From the NCBI GenBank assembly GCA_017472375.1, contig JAFUQL010000091.1, forward strand, positions 1 to 29,535: 29,535 nucleotides of DNA. The letters run 5' to 3'. This document shows positions 1 through 7,894 of this stretch, piece after piece (positions within the stretch are counted from its first letter, which is position 1; every line of letters begins with the position of its first letter). The notes under the pieces were generated by a model. It ran no database searches, was not told where the DNA came from, and saw only the letters and a program-made list of their open reading frames with translations. Source of the DNA: Oscillospiraceae bacterium. GTDB taxonomy: Bacteria; Bacillota; Clostridia; Oscillospirales; Ruminococcaceae. The translations under genes and the position numbers were made by a program.

Positions 1-501
1 AAACACCAGCATCAGCAGGATGGCCGAGGTGAGCTGCCGGGGGCCCACCCGGTAGGCGCTCTCCCGTGTCAGCCACTGGCAGACCGTCAGGGCCAGTACT
101 CCCGTCACCGCACCGTAAAAGACAAAGCCGATGGGAATGTAGTACCAGCCCAGCGGCAGCCTGCCGCCGAGGAAGTAACAGAAGATCAGCCAGCACTCCA
201 TGGTGAGCTGGTGGGAGGTGATGATCCATGTGGTGCCGTACAGCGCCTGCGCCGGGGTGGTCTCGCAGCAGGCCAGCGTCAGGCAGAACACACCCACACT
301 GTAGGCGAGCACCTCCAGCCATCCGTAGGGCGCAGGAAGCAGCCGCCCGGTCAGCCCAAAGACCAGTACAAGGGCCAGTGCCATGCCCATGCGCAGGCGG
401 TAGCGCCGCCGGTGCCTCAGCGGGCCGAAGAACGCCAGGCAGGAGCCCGCCAGCGTCAAATGCATACAGAAGGGCGCGGTGAGGGTATACCACTGTTCCA
501 T
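1..501 (-). CDS. Membrane sensor histidine kinase (AgrC/GHKL-type), N-terminal part; runs off the window edge
   Basis: Manual translation from ATG 501 is open for 167 codons to the edge (MEQWYTLTAPFCMHLTLAGSCLAFFGPL...), with multiple hydrophobic helices. The ATG overlaps the stop of the LytTR regulator (TGATG). The kinase domain is not visible, so the product is inferred from context. Confidence 0.7.
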   Translation of the reverse strand, partial: MEQWYTLTAPFCMHLTLAGSCLAFFGPLRHRRRYRLRMGMALALVLVFGLTGRLLPAPYGWLEVLAYSVGVFCLTLACCETTPAQALYGTTWIITSHQLTMECWLIFCYFLGGRLPLGWYYIPIGFVFYGAVTGVLALTVCQWLTRESAYRVGPRQLTSAILLMLVF

Positions 502-1208
502 CAGCCGCCGCCTCCCACATAGTCGGTCAGGGCAGCCATGAAAGCATTCTTGTTGCGGCGGCTGATCTGCAGCTCCGCGCCAGCCACCACCGCCGTATCC
601 TTCTGCACCTTGGTAACGTACATCAGGTTGACCAGATACCAGTAGTTGCACCGCACGAAATGATAGGGCGCCAGTTCGGCCTCAGCGGCCTGCAGGGTGC
701 CCCGCACGGCAAATTCCCCCAGTTCGGTGTGGTAGCGCAGCACACCGTTCTGCACCTCCACATAGCGGATCTGCCGGGTCTCCAGCCGCACCGCACCGTC
801 GCTCAGGCGCAGCACCACCTGGCCGGAAGCCTGGCGCTGTACCATCTGCACGGCCTTCTCCAGCTTGGTGGAAAAGGTGAAGTAATTGATGGGCTTGAGG
901 ACATAGTCCAGCGCCCGCACCGAATAGCCCCGGATGGCATACTGGGCCAGATTGGTGATGAACACCAGCACCACCTCGCTGTCCCACGCGCGGATCTGCT
1001 CGGCGGCGTCCATGCCGTTGACCCCAGGCATCTCAATGTCCAGAAAGATGATGTCGTAGATGGGACGGTACCGGTCCAGGATCTCTGCACCGTCGCTGAA
1101 CAGGGACACCTGCAGCTCGGTGCCGTTCTCCTTCTCATAGCGCAGCAGGAAGTCGTGGATCTGCCCGCGCATCTCAGCGCTGTCCTCCACCACGGCGATG
1201 CGAAGCAT
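501..1208 (-). CDS. LytTR-family two-component response regulator (235 aa)
   Basis: Receiver motifs IAVVEDS, FLDIEMP, FITN, DYVLKP, plus a C-terminal LytTR domain (IRYVEV...FVRCNYWYLVNL...ISRRNK). Start set at MLRIAVV, 7 nt after GGAGG. Confidence 0.93.
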   Translation of the reverse strand: MLRIAVVEDSAEMRGQIHDFLLRYEKENGTELQVSLFSDGAEILDRYRPIYDIIFLDIEMPGVNGMDAAEQIRAWDSEVVLVFITNLAQYAIRGYSVRALDYVLKPINYFTFSTKLEKAVQMVQRQASGQVVLRLSDGAVRLETRQIRYVEVQNGVLRYHTELGEFAVRGTLQAAEAELAPYHFVRCNYWYLVNLMYVTKVQKDTAVVAGAELQISRRNKNAFMAALTDYVGGGG

Positions 1209-1238
1209 GGTCATCCCTCCCGTCGATTCGTTAACAAT

Positions 1239-1268
1239 ACTATAACATGATACCGTATATTTCATCAA
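1239..1268 (-). promoter_or_regulatory. Putative sigma-A promoter of the LytTR/kinase pair
   Basis: Minus strand TTGATG-18 nt-TATAGT with a TGn extended -10. Confidence 0.45.
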
Positions 1269-1326
1269 CCGGCGATGGGCATTCTGCCCGAAAGTGTCCA
1301 CCGCGCTGTGCCTTCGATACAAACAG

Positions 1327-1358
1327 CGATCCCCCGGGCCGTGCGGCCCGGGGGATCG
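1327..1358. terminator. GC-rich hairpin after the ROK gene, probable terminator
   Basis: Perfect inverted repeat CGATCCCCCGGGCCG-tg-CGGCCCGGGGGATCG. The long T-tract is on the plus side and the minus-side tract is weak. Confidence 0.6.
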
Positions 1359-1381
1359 TTTTCTTTTTTCAGGGAACTCGT

Positions 1382-2623
1382 TCAGTCTTCCGCCTGCTTC
1401 GGGGGCTCCGGCAGGCCGCCGGCGGCCAGCAGCAGCTCGTTGACCACCACGGCCAGCGGCCCGATGTGTCCGATGCTGTCGTTCAGATGCGACTTGCGGA
1501 TGTAGCACTCGTTGTAGGCAGGGTCATACTGGCGGCACACCTGCAAAAAGCGCTCCCAGACGTGGGGCAACTGGAACATATCTCCATAGACCACCACTGC
1601 ATCCGGCGCCAGGAAGGTCACCGAATGGCACAGGGTACAGGCCACCGATTCAATGACCTCGTCCATGGCCTGCCACATCCCGGCATCCTGCACCTGGCCC
1701 CACCAGCCGATGTTCCGGGCGCGGATCTCGCTCACATCCCCGGCCACCAGTTCATACAGGGCGGGCATGGTCTCAGGCGTACAGCCCGCGGCCACCCGCT
1801 CCGCAATGGCGTGCACCGAGGCGATGGTCTCCAGGCAGCCGTAGCGCCCGCAGCGGCAGCGCCGCCCGTCCTTGACCACCCGCACATGACCCAGCTCGCC
1901 CTCCTTGGACTTGTGGCTCTCATACACAGCGTTCTGGATGATCATGGCGGAGCCCACGCCGGGGCCCCACTTGAGGAACATCAGATTCTCCCGCTTGCGG
2001 CCCACGCCGTACACCAGCTCGGCCTCGGCAAACGCTTTGACGTTGTTTTCCACCACCATGGGGTACTTCAGGTACTTCTGCAGCTCGCCGACCACATCCA
2101 CCGGTCTCTCCCAGACACGGTAGGCAGACTGGCTGATGCCCCGCTTCCGGTCCACCGGGCCGGGCACCGACACGCCCACGCCCAGGATCTTCTCCCGGGG
2201 GATGCCCATCTCCCACATCAGCACCTTGCTCTCGTTGGCGATGGCCTTGAGGAACTCCTCCGGCTCGGCCTGCGGGTTGGTCTTGATGGTGCGCTCGGTG
2301 CGGTCGTCGCCCTTCAGGTCGCTCACCGACACCACCGTGGCGGTGGCCTCGATGCAGATGGACAGCACATAGCGGCAGGTGTAGTCGATGCCCACCAGGA
2401 TCTTTCTGCGCCCGGCGCGGCGACCCTCCTGCAATTCGCCCTTCTCCTGCAGGATGCCCGCAGCGATCAGCTCGGTGCAGATGAGGGTGACGGTGGCCGG
2501 GGTGAGGCCCAGCTTTTCAGCCAGATCCTTCCGGGACATGGCGCCCTGCTCGTTCAGCAGCCGCAGGATCGCACTGCGGTTGTTGTATTTTACATTTTCA
2601 AGATTGATGCCGGTATGTGCCAC
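1382..2623 (-). CDS. ROK-family transcriptional repressor (XylR/NagC-like), probable regulator of the SQ cluster
   Basis: N-terminal HTH (SRKDLAEKLGLTPATVTLICTEL), ROK motifs VENNVKAFAEAE and GPGVG, and the Zn motif GELGH...CRCGRYGCLE. Confidence 0.93.
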   Translation of the reverse strand: MAHTGINLENVKYNNRSAILRLLNEQGAMSRKDLAEKLGLTPATVTLICTELIAAGILQEKGELQEGRRAGRRKILVGIDYTCRYVLSICIEATATVVSVSDLKGDDRTERTIKTNPQAEPEEFLKAIANESKVLMWEMGIPREKILGVGVSVPGPVDRKRGISQSAYRVWERPVDVVGELQKYLKYPMVVENNVKAFAEAELVYGVGRKRENLMFLKWGPGVGSAMIIQNAVYESHKSKEGELGHVRVVKDGRRCRCGRYGCLETIASVHAIAERVAAGCTPETMPALYELVAGDVSEIRARNIGWWGQVQDAGMWQAMDEVIESVACTLCHSVTFLAPDAVVVYGDMFQLPHVWERFLQVCRQYDPAYNECYIRKSHLNDSIGHIGPLAVVVNELLLAAGGLPEPPKQAED

Positions 2624-2675
2624 TGCTTCGGGTCCTGTCCTTTCCGTACTCCGCGCGCCCTCCGCGCGGATCGAT

Positions 2676-2696
2676 TTGATTTATTGGTTTAAGTAT
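2676..2696. promoter_or_regulatory. Candidate ROK operator overlapping the -10 (autoregulation)
   Basis: TTGATTTATTGGTTTAAGTAT resembles the palindrome at 12506-12526. Confidence 0.45.
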
Positions 2697-2721
2697 ATTG
2701 GGCAAAGGCAGACAGTGTCAA
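2692..2721 (-). promoter_or_regulatory. Sigma-A promoter of the ROK gene
   Basis: Minus strand TTGACA (2721-2716), 18-nt spacer, TATACT (2697-2692). Confidence 0.65.
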
Positions 2722-2787
2722 GCGCTCCCACGCTTTATCATAGTGAATTCGCAAACTTCACATCTTTTAAAATCGTCTTTTGCACGA

Positions 2788-2826
2788 AAAAAAGCCGCAG
2801 AAACACGAAGTCTCTGCGGCTTTTTT
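2788..2826. terminator. Intrinsic (bidirectional-type) terminator ending the SQ catabolic operon
   Basis: AAAAAAGCCGCAGA-loop-TCTGCGGCTTTTTT with A/T tracts on both sides. Confidence 0.8.
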
Positions 2827-2889
2827 CAAACTTTGGGGAAAAATCCCGCTCACGCGGTCAGCATTTTGCCCGGAACGAAAATTCTGCGC

Positions 2890-4230
2890 TTAGTAGCGGC
2901 AGATCTCCATGCCCAGCATATTGCCCAGCTTCTCCAGCTCGTTGGCCACGTCGGCGTAGACCACCACGAAGTGGGGCTCCCAGCCGGCCTTGATGGTGCC
3001 GTAGACAACATCCTTGGCGGGGGCGTCGGTCTTGACCACGATGGAGGTGCCGTTGAACTGACGGGGCTTGTCCAGGGCAGCACCCTTGGCGATGAAGAAA
3101 CGGAAGCCGCCGTCGGGCTTGCGGCCCACACGGAAGACGGTCACGTTCTCGCAGGGCTCACAGCCGAAGTCCATCACGGGGCCGATCTTGCGGTTGGGAT
3201 GCACACCCACCTGAGCGCCGGTGTCCTTCCGGGCCAGGTTGCAGGCGGCCATGCCGCAGTGCCAGTAGGTGATGGTGCCTTCCTTCTCGTCCATGGACAC
3301 GGGGTCGCCGAAGAAGGTAGACTTGCCGCTCAGCTTCTGGCCGATGAACATGGACAGGGCGCCGTACACGTCAGCCTCGCAGCTGGCGGAGATGCCGTTC
3401 TTGTTCAGCAGGCTCAGAACAGTGCAGACGGGGGTGCCGAAGGACACGAAGAAGTCGGGCCAGCAGCGGCTGCTCAGGGCGCCGATGCCGTTCTCCGCCA
3501 CATAGGCCTTGTAGGCCTTGTACAGGCGGGCAAAGTCCACCACGTTCTTCTCGGGGGTCTGGTCCAGACCGCAGACGGTGTCGTTGGCCTCGGCCATCTC
3601 CTCGGCGCAGTCGGTGAACTCGTAGCCCTTGGCCTTCTCGATCAGCTCGCGGGCCTCGATGGCCTCCAGCGTGACACCGAAGGTGCTCATCAGTTCGGCG
3701 TCCAGCGCACGGCCGAAGCCGAAGCCCTGGGGGGTGTGGCCGATGGCGGCCATCTTCAGGCTCTTCAGCGCGACCATGGTCTCGGCGGCGCGGATGGCGG
3801 CGCCGATCTCGGCCTTCACCTCGGCCTCGCCGGGGGCGCCGAAGATGTACTCAAACTGGCCGTCCTTGCGGAAGGCATGGATGGCGTTGGCCGCGGAGTA
3901 AGCGCCGGTCAGGCTGTTCAGGCGCAGGCGGCCGCCGTCGATGACGGGCTCGCGCAGGGTCCACAGCACAACGGGGCAGTCGAAACGCTTCAGCACCTCG
4001 CTGGCATAGGCAGCGTTGGCGAAGGTCACGTTCTGCAGCACCACCAGATCAGGGTCGATGGTGTCCAGATAGGCGGCCAGCTCCTGCACGGTCAGCAGGA
4101 CCTTCTCGGGGTAGACGCAGGCACCGGACAGCTCGCTCAGCATCGCGACAGACTTGTCGAACTGATCCTGGGCGCTCTCCATGTGGTAAGTGCCTACGCC
4201 GATGGGAATGTAAGCAACCTGAAAGCCCAT
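2890..4230 (-). CDS. sftI: Sulfoquinovose isomerase (FucI/AraA-like fold; SqvD/SftI type)
   Basis: Motifs REP..GGRLRLNSLTG, CWPDFF, SCEAD, WHCG and GVHPNRK match my recollection of Bacillus SqvD, and the gene sits in the SQ cluster. Start set at ATG 4230 after AAGGTGA. Confidence 0.82.
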   Translation of the reverse strand: MGFQVAYIPIGVGTYHMESAQDQFDKSVAMLSELSGACVYPEKVLLTVQELAAYLDTIDPDLVVLQNVTFANAAYASEVLKRFDCPVVLWTLREPVIDGGRLRLNSLTGAYSAANAIHAFRKDGQFEYIFGAPGEAEVKAEIGAAIRAAETMVALKSLKMAAIGHTPQGFGFGRALDAELMSTFGVTLEAIEARELIEKAKGYEFTDCAEEMAEANDTVCGLDQTPEKNVVDFARLYKAYKAYVAENGIGALSSRCWPDFFVSFGTPVCTVLSLLNKNGISASCEADVYGALSMFIGQKLSGKSTFFGDPVSMDEKEGTITYWHCGMAACNLARKDTGAQVGVHPNRKIGPVMDFGCEPCENVTVFRVGRKPDGGFRFFIAKGAALDKPRQFNGTSIVVKTDAPAKDVVYGTIKAGWEPHFVVVYADVANELEKLGNMLGMEICRY

Positions 4231-4284
4231 AGTTATCACCTTTTCCTTGTCAGTTTTTTCAGTGGGGGAACGATCCGCAGCAGA

Positions 4285-5847
4285 TCAGCCCTCGGCGGCA
4301 GCGGCGTCGGCGGCGGCGTGCTCGGCAGCCATCTCCTTCTCCTGCTGGGCGTTCAGAGCCTCGATCTTCTTGTTCAGCTTCATCATGGAGACGACCAGAA
4401 CCACGGTGATGATCAGGATGACGGCAGAGATGGGACGGCGCACGAAGACGGTCACATCGCGGTCGTAGCTCATCATGGCGGTCACGAAGTTGGCCTCCAT
4501 GATGGACTCCAGGATCATGCCCAGCATCAGCGGGGTGTTGTCGATCTTCAGCAGGTTCAGCAGGTAGCTCAGCCACAGGATGACAACGGTCAGGATCAGC
4601 TCCTTGGTGTTGCCGGTGGCGGCATAAGCGCCGGCGAAGCAGAACATGATGATGCAGGGGGCCAGCAGGGTGTACTTCACCTGCACGATCTTGGCCACAG
4701 CGCGGGTCAGGACCTTACCGATGGGGTACAGCAGGATGTTGGCGATCAGACAGCCGATGATGATGGAGTAGGCCATGGGGCCCTGCTTGGTGAACATCGT
4801 GGGTCCGGGCTGGATGCCGTGCAGAATAAAGGCGCCCAGCAGCAGAGCGGTGACACCGTCACCGGGGATGCCCAGGGTCAGCAGGGGGATCATGGCAGAA
4901 CCGACCACGGCGTTGTTGGAGGACTCAGCCGCGGCGATGCCCTCCAGGCAGCCCTTGCCGAAGTTCTGGGGCTGCTTGGAGATGCGGCGGGCCTCGTTGT
5001 AGCACATGAACTGAGCCACACCGCCGCCGACGCCGGGCATGGCGCCGATGATGGAAGCGATGACCGAGGAGTACAGGGTGGCAGGCATGATGCTCTTGAT
5101 CTCCTTGCCGGTCAGACCCTCGTTGTCGATCTTGTTGGCGTCGTCCAGATGGCCGTCGGACAGCTTGAACTCACGCAGCTTGTCGGCCACCTGAGTCAGA
5201 GCGATCAGGGCGATCATGGCGGGCAGCATGTCGATGCCGTACTTCAGGATGTCCAGACCGAAGCCGTAACGGGTGACGCCGGTGACGGCGTCCATGCCGA
5301 TGCAGGCCATCAGCAGGCCCAGGCAGCCGGAGATGATGCCCTTGGCCAGGCTGTCACCGGACACGCCGGCGATCAGGCTGATGCCCAGGATGCCCATGGA
5401 GAAGTATTCGACGGAGGTGAAGCCGGCCACCAGCTTGGTGATGGGGGAAGCGCACAGCAGCAGCAGGATGGCAGAGAACAGACCGCCGAAGGTGGAGGCG
5501 AACAGAGAGGTATCCAGCGCCTTCTTGACCTTGCCCTTCTTGGCCAGAGGATAGCCGTCGAAGGTGGTGGCGATGGCGGAGTTGGTACCGGGGGTGTTCA
5601 GGGTGATGGCGCTGATGGAGCCGCCGTACATACCGCCAACGTAAACGGCCAGCAGCAGGATGATGGCGGTATCTGCGTTCTCAAAGGTGTAGGTCAGGGG
5701 CAGCATCAGGATGATGCCGAGGGTAACGCTCAGGCCGGGAATGCAGCCGATGACCATGCCGATCACCAGACCGATGAAGATGGTCAGGATGTTGCTGACG
5801 GTGAACACCATGCCGAGGGCCTGGGAAATCATCTGAAAATCAGTCAT
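4285..5847 (-). CDS. tctA: Tripartite tricarboxylate transporter large permease
   Basis: 520-aa polytopic protein with TctA motifs GMYGGSISAITLNTPG, AAESSNNA and PLLTLGIPG. Confidence 0.93.
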   Translation of the reverse strand: MTDFQMISQALGMVFTVSNILTIFIGLVIGMVIGCIPGLSVTLGIILMLPLTYTFENADTAIILLLAVYVGGMYGGSISAITLNTPGTNSAIATTFDGYPLAKKGKVKKALDTSLFASTFGGLFSAILLLLCASPITKLVAGFTSVEYFSMGILGISLIAGVSGDSLAKGIISGCLGLLMACIGMDAVTGVTRYGFGLDILKYGIDMLPAMIALIALTQVADKLREFKLSDGHLDDANKIDNEGLTGKEIKSIMPATLYSSVIASIIGAMPGVGGGVAQFMCYNEARRISKQPQNFGKGCLEGIAAAESSNNAVVGSAMIPLLTLGIPGDGVTALLLGAFILHGIQPGPTMFTKQGPMAYSIIIGCLIANILLYPIGKVLTRAVAKIVQVKYTLLAPCIIMFCFAGAYAATGNTKELILTVVILWLSYLLNLLKIDNTPLMLGMILESIMEANFVTAMMSYDRDVTVFVRRPISAVILIITVVLVVSMMKLNKKIEALNAQQEKEMAAEHAAADAAAAEG

Positions 5848-5853
5848 AATCCA

Positions 5854-6327
5854 TTAACCTCCCATAAAGAACGGCACGTCAGGCAGCGAGATGTAGAACA
5901 CATACTTGAACAGGTAGTAGATACCGATCGCAGCCGCAGCGGTAAAAATATAGATGCCAGGTTTGCGCTCGCCGCAGTACCACAGCACGATGGCGAAGAT
6001 GATGATGGAGGCCACCACGAAGCCCAGCATGATGATGCCGATGGCGTACAGAGTGATCAGGGTGATGATGAAAAGCATGGGCTTTTCCTTCTCCCAATCA
6101 AAAACGGTGATGTTCTCCTTCTTGAACACCAGGCTCTGAATGATCAGGATCGCAGAGCAGATCAGAATGCCGGTGATGAAGATGGTGGGCAGCAGACGGG
6201 GAGAGGGAGCGCCGGAATCATACGCAGGCAGACGGACCTGGCTCTCCATGGTGAAGAACATGAACAGAGCGAAGGCGCCCATGATGATGCCGGACCACAG
6301 GTAGGTCTTGATGTTGAATTTCTTCAC
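5854..6327 (-). CDS. tctB: Tripartite tricarboxylate transporter small permease
   Basis: 157 aa, about 4 TM segments, SPRLLP motif, C-terminal FKYVFYISLP. GTG start with RBS GAAAGGA, directly upstream of tctA. Confidence 0.88.
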   Translation of the reverse strand: MKKFNIKTYLWSGIIMGAFALFMFFTMESQVRLPAYDSGAPSPRLLPTIFITGILICSAILIIQSLVFKKENITVFDWEKEKPMLFIITLITLYAIGIIMLGFVVASIIIFAIVLWYCGERKPGIYIFTAAAAIGIYYLFKYVFYISLPDVPFFMGG

Positions 6328-6403
6328 GAGAAACTTCCTTTCCTGAATCTAGCAGTTCCTTCAAAATATTGCGGACATTTTGCATTTGCGCAAAATACGG
6401 CGA

Positions 6404-6446
6404 TAACGTGACCGGCGGGCCGAGGAACGACCCACCAGCCACGTTA
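6404..6446 (-). other. 19-bp RNA stem-loop in the tctC-tctB spacer
   Basis: Minus strand TAACGTGGCTGGTGGGTCG-ttcct-CGGCCCGCCGGTCACGTTA is fully paired, using 4 G-U wobbles that exist only on this strand. Confidence 0.65.
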
Positions 6447-6655
6447 CCACCTTATTGAGAGAGGAAACAGGCAATTTTATTGCGGAGGTACGCGGTTTCT
6501 GCCGGGCTGCCCCGGCGCCGCACCGCAGTGTGTGCCACAGAAGCCTTTGCCGCTTCGGATGCGCTCGAAGCGCCGCCGGCATCCTGCTGCACACATCCCG
6601 GTGAGGGCCGCAGGCAGCTTCGGCAGCAGCCGCCTATCCCCGGGAGCTTCCGCCC

Positions 6656-6683
6656 TGCCCGGCCGCATCACTGCGGCCGGGCA
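6656..6683. other. Perfect 12-bp hairpin downstream of tctC (mRNA stabiliser or attenuator)
   Basis: TGCCCGGCCGCA-tcac-TGCGGCCGGGCA, with no long U-tract. Confidence 0.6.
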
Positions 6684-6776
6684 TAACGGAGGGTCCCACT
6701 CGTCTGCCCATGTGACCAACAGGTCTCTCAGGCACCGCGCACGGTCAGGTCAGACGAGCCACGCGGAAGGAATTGG

Positions 6777-7820
6777 TTAGGCAGACAGGTTGTCGAACGC
6801 GGCAACAGCCTTGGCACAAGCCTCGTCGTAGAAGGCGACAGCCTCATCGCCGTACAGCTCGAAGCGGTTCAGCATGACGCTCTCGATCCACTCGTGGTAC
6901 TCAGCGTCGGCCCAGACAGCCTTGGTGACCTCGGTCATGGCGTCGATGAAAGCCTGATCAGCACCGGCACGGACAGCCAGAGAGCCGCCGGCAGGCAGGA
7001 TGCAGCTGGAGAAGTCGATGCTGGGATCCAGCTCGGGAGCCTTGGCGTCGCCAGCAACGGTGGGAACGGTGATGGGGCCCTCAGGAGTGACGAAGCCCTC
7101 GAAAGCGCGGTCGTTGAAAGCCAGGATGGGGATCAGAGTGCCAGCCTCGACCTCCTCCATGGCGGCCTGGGTGGTGCCCATGAAGACGTCGACCTCGCCG
7201 TTGACCAGGCCCTGCTTCTGAGCAGCGCCGCCGTCATAAGGCACGACCATAACGTTGCCGCCCATCAGAGCGCACAGGGAGCCCAGCTCCAGGTGGCAGT
7301 CAGACAGGGGGTTGCCGCCGGACATCTTCAGGGTGCCGGCCTTGGCCTTCTCCAGGATGGACTCCAGGGTCTGGTCGGGGGTGGTGTACAGGATCCAGGT
7401 ACGGTCGTCCACGGTGCCGATGGGGTACATGGCGTCGCGGTCGAACTCGACGATCTCGGTGCCGTACTCCTTGCCCAGGTCATGGCGGTAGCACAGGCCG
7501 TAGCCGAACACCAGCAGCTCCTTGGCGGAAGCATCCAGATCGGCGAAGTAGGTAGCGGCAGCGAAGCCGTCACCGCCGGTCATGTTCTCGACGATGAAGT
7601 TGTACTCGGGGTACAGACGGTTGGCCACGACCGCATACTTGCGGGCGATCAGGTCGGCGGTGCCGCCGACGCCGTAGCCGCAGATGATCTTGATGGTCTC
7701 GCCGTTGGGGTTGCCGCCGGTCTCGCCGCCAGCAGCCTCAGAAGAAGCAGCGCCGCCGCCACAGGCGACCAGGGACAGGGCCAGCACCAGAGCCAGCACA
7801 AGTGCGATGAGCTTTTTCAT
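6777..7820 (-). CDS. tctC: Tripartite tricarboxylate transporter substrate-binding lipoprotein (TctC/Bug family)
   Basis: Lipobox LVAC, and Bug-like motifs GYGVGGTADLIAR, VENMTGGDG and VPYDGGA...GEVD. Confidence 0.88.
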   Translation of the reverse strand: MKKLIALVLALVLALSLVACGGGAASSEAAGGETGGNPNGETIKIICGYGVGGTADLIARKYAVVANRLYPEYNFIVENMTGGDGFAAATYFADLDASAKELLVFGYGLCYRHDLGKEYGTEIVEFDRDAMYPIGTVDDRTWILYTTPDQTLESILEKAKAGTLKMSGGNPLSDCHLELGSLCALMGGNVMVVPYDGGAAQKQGLVNGEVDVFMGTTQAAMEEVEAGTLIPILAFNDRAFEGFVTPEGPITVPTVAGDAKAPELDPSIDFSSCILPAGGSLAVRAGADQAFIDAMTEVTKAVWADAEYHEWIESVMLNRFELYGDEAVAFYDEACAKAVAAFDNLSA

Positions 7821-7894
7821 TGTTTGATCCTCCGTTTTTTTGTTTTATTTCGACAGCAGAGGGTGCTCAGCCCTCTGATAACGAACAAAGGGGA

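Noticed and set aside
2890-4230. Annotation as L-fucose or L-arabinose isomerase
   Set aside because: The fold family fits, but there are no fucose/arabinose kinase or aldolase genes, and the SQase/transaldolase context and SqvD-like motifs explain it better.
6362-6400. Internal promoter or ROK operator before tctB (CAAAAT-N9-ATTTTG)
   Set aside because: Only a weak -35/-10 match, and no similarity to the 21-bp palindrome consensus.
2698-6411. 1237-aa plus-strand ORF, and similar long plus-strand ORFs at 1247-2692, 7820-9928, 9904-11571, 15054-16934, 18020-19624 and 19621-21162
   Set aside because: Antisense shadows of strongly codon-biased high-GC minus-strand genes. They show no recognisable motifs and the typical H/Q/G/V/A-rich composition.
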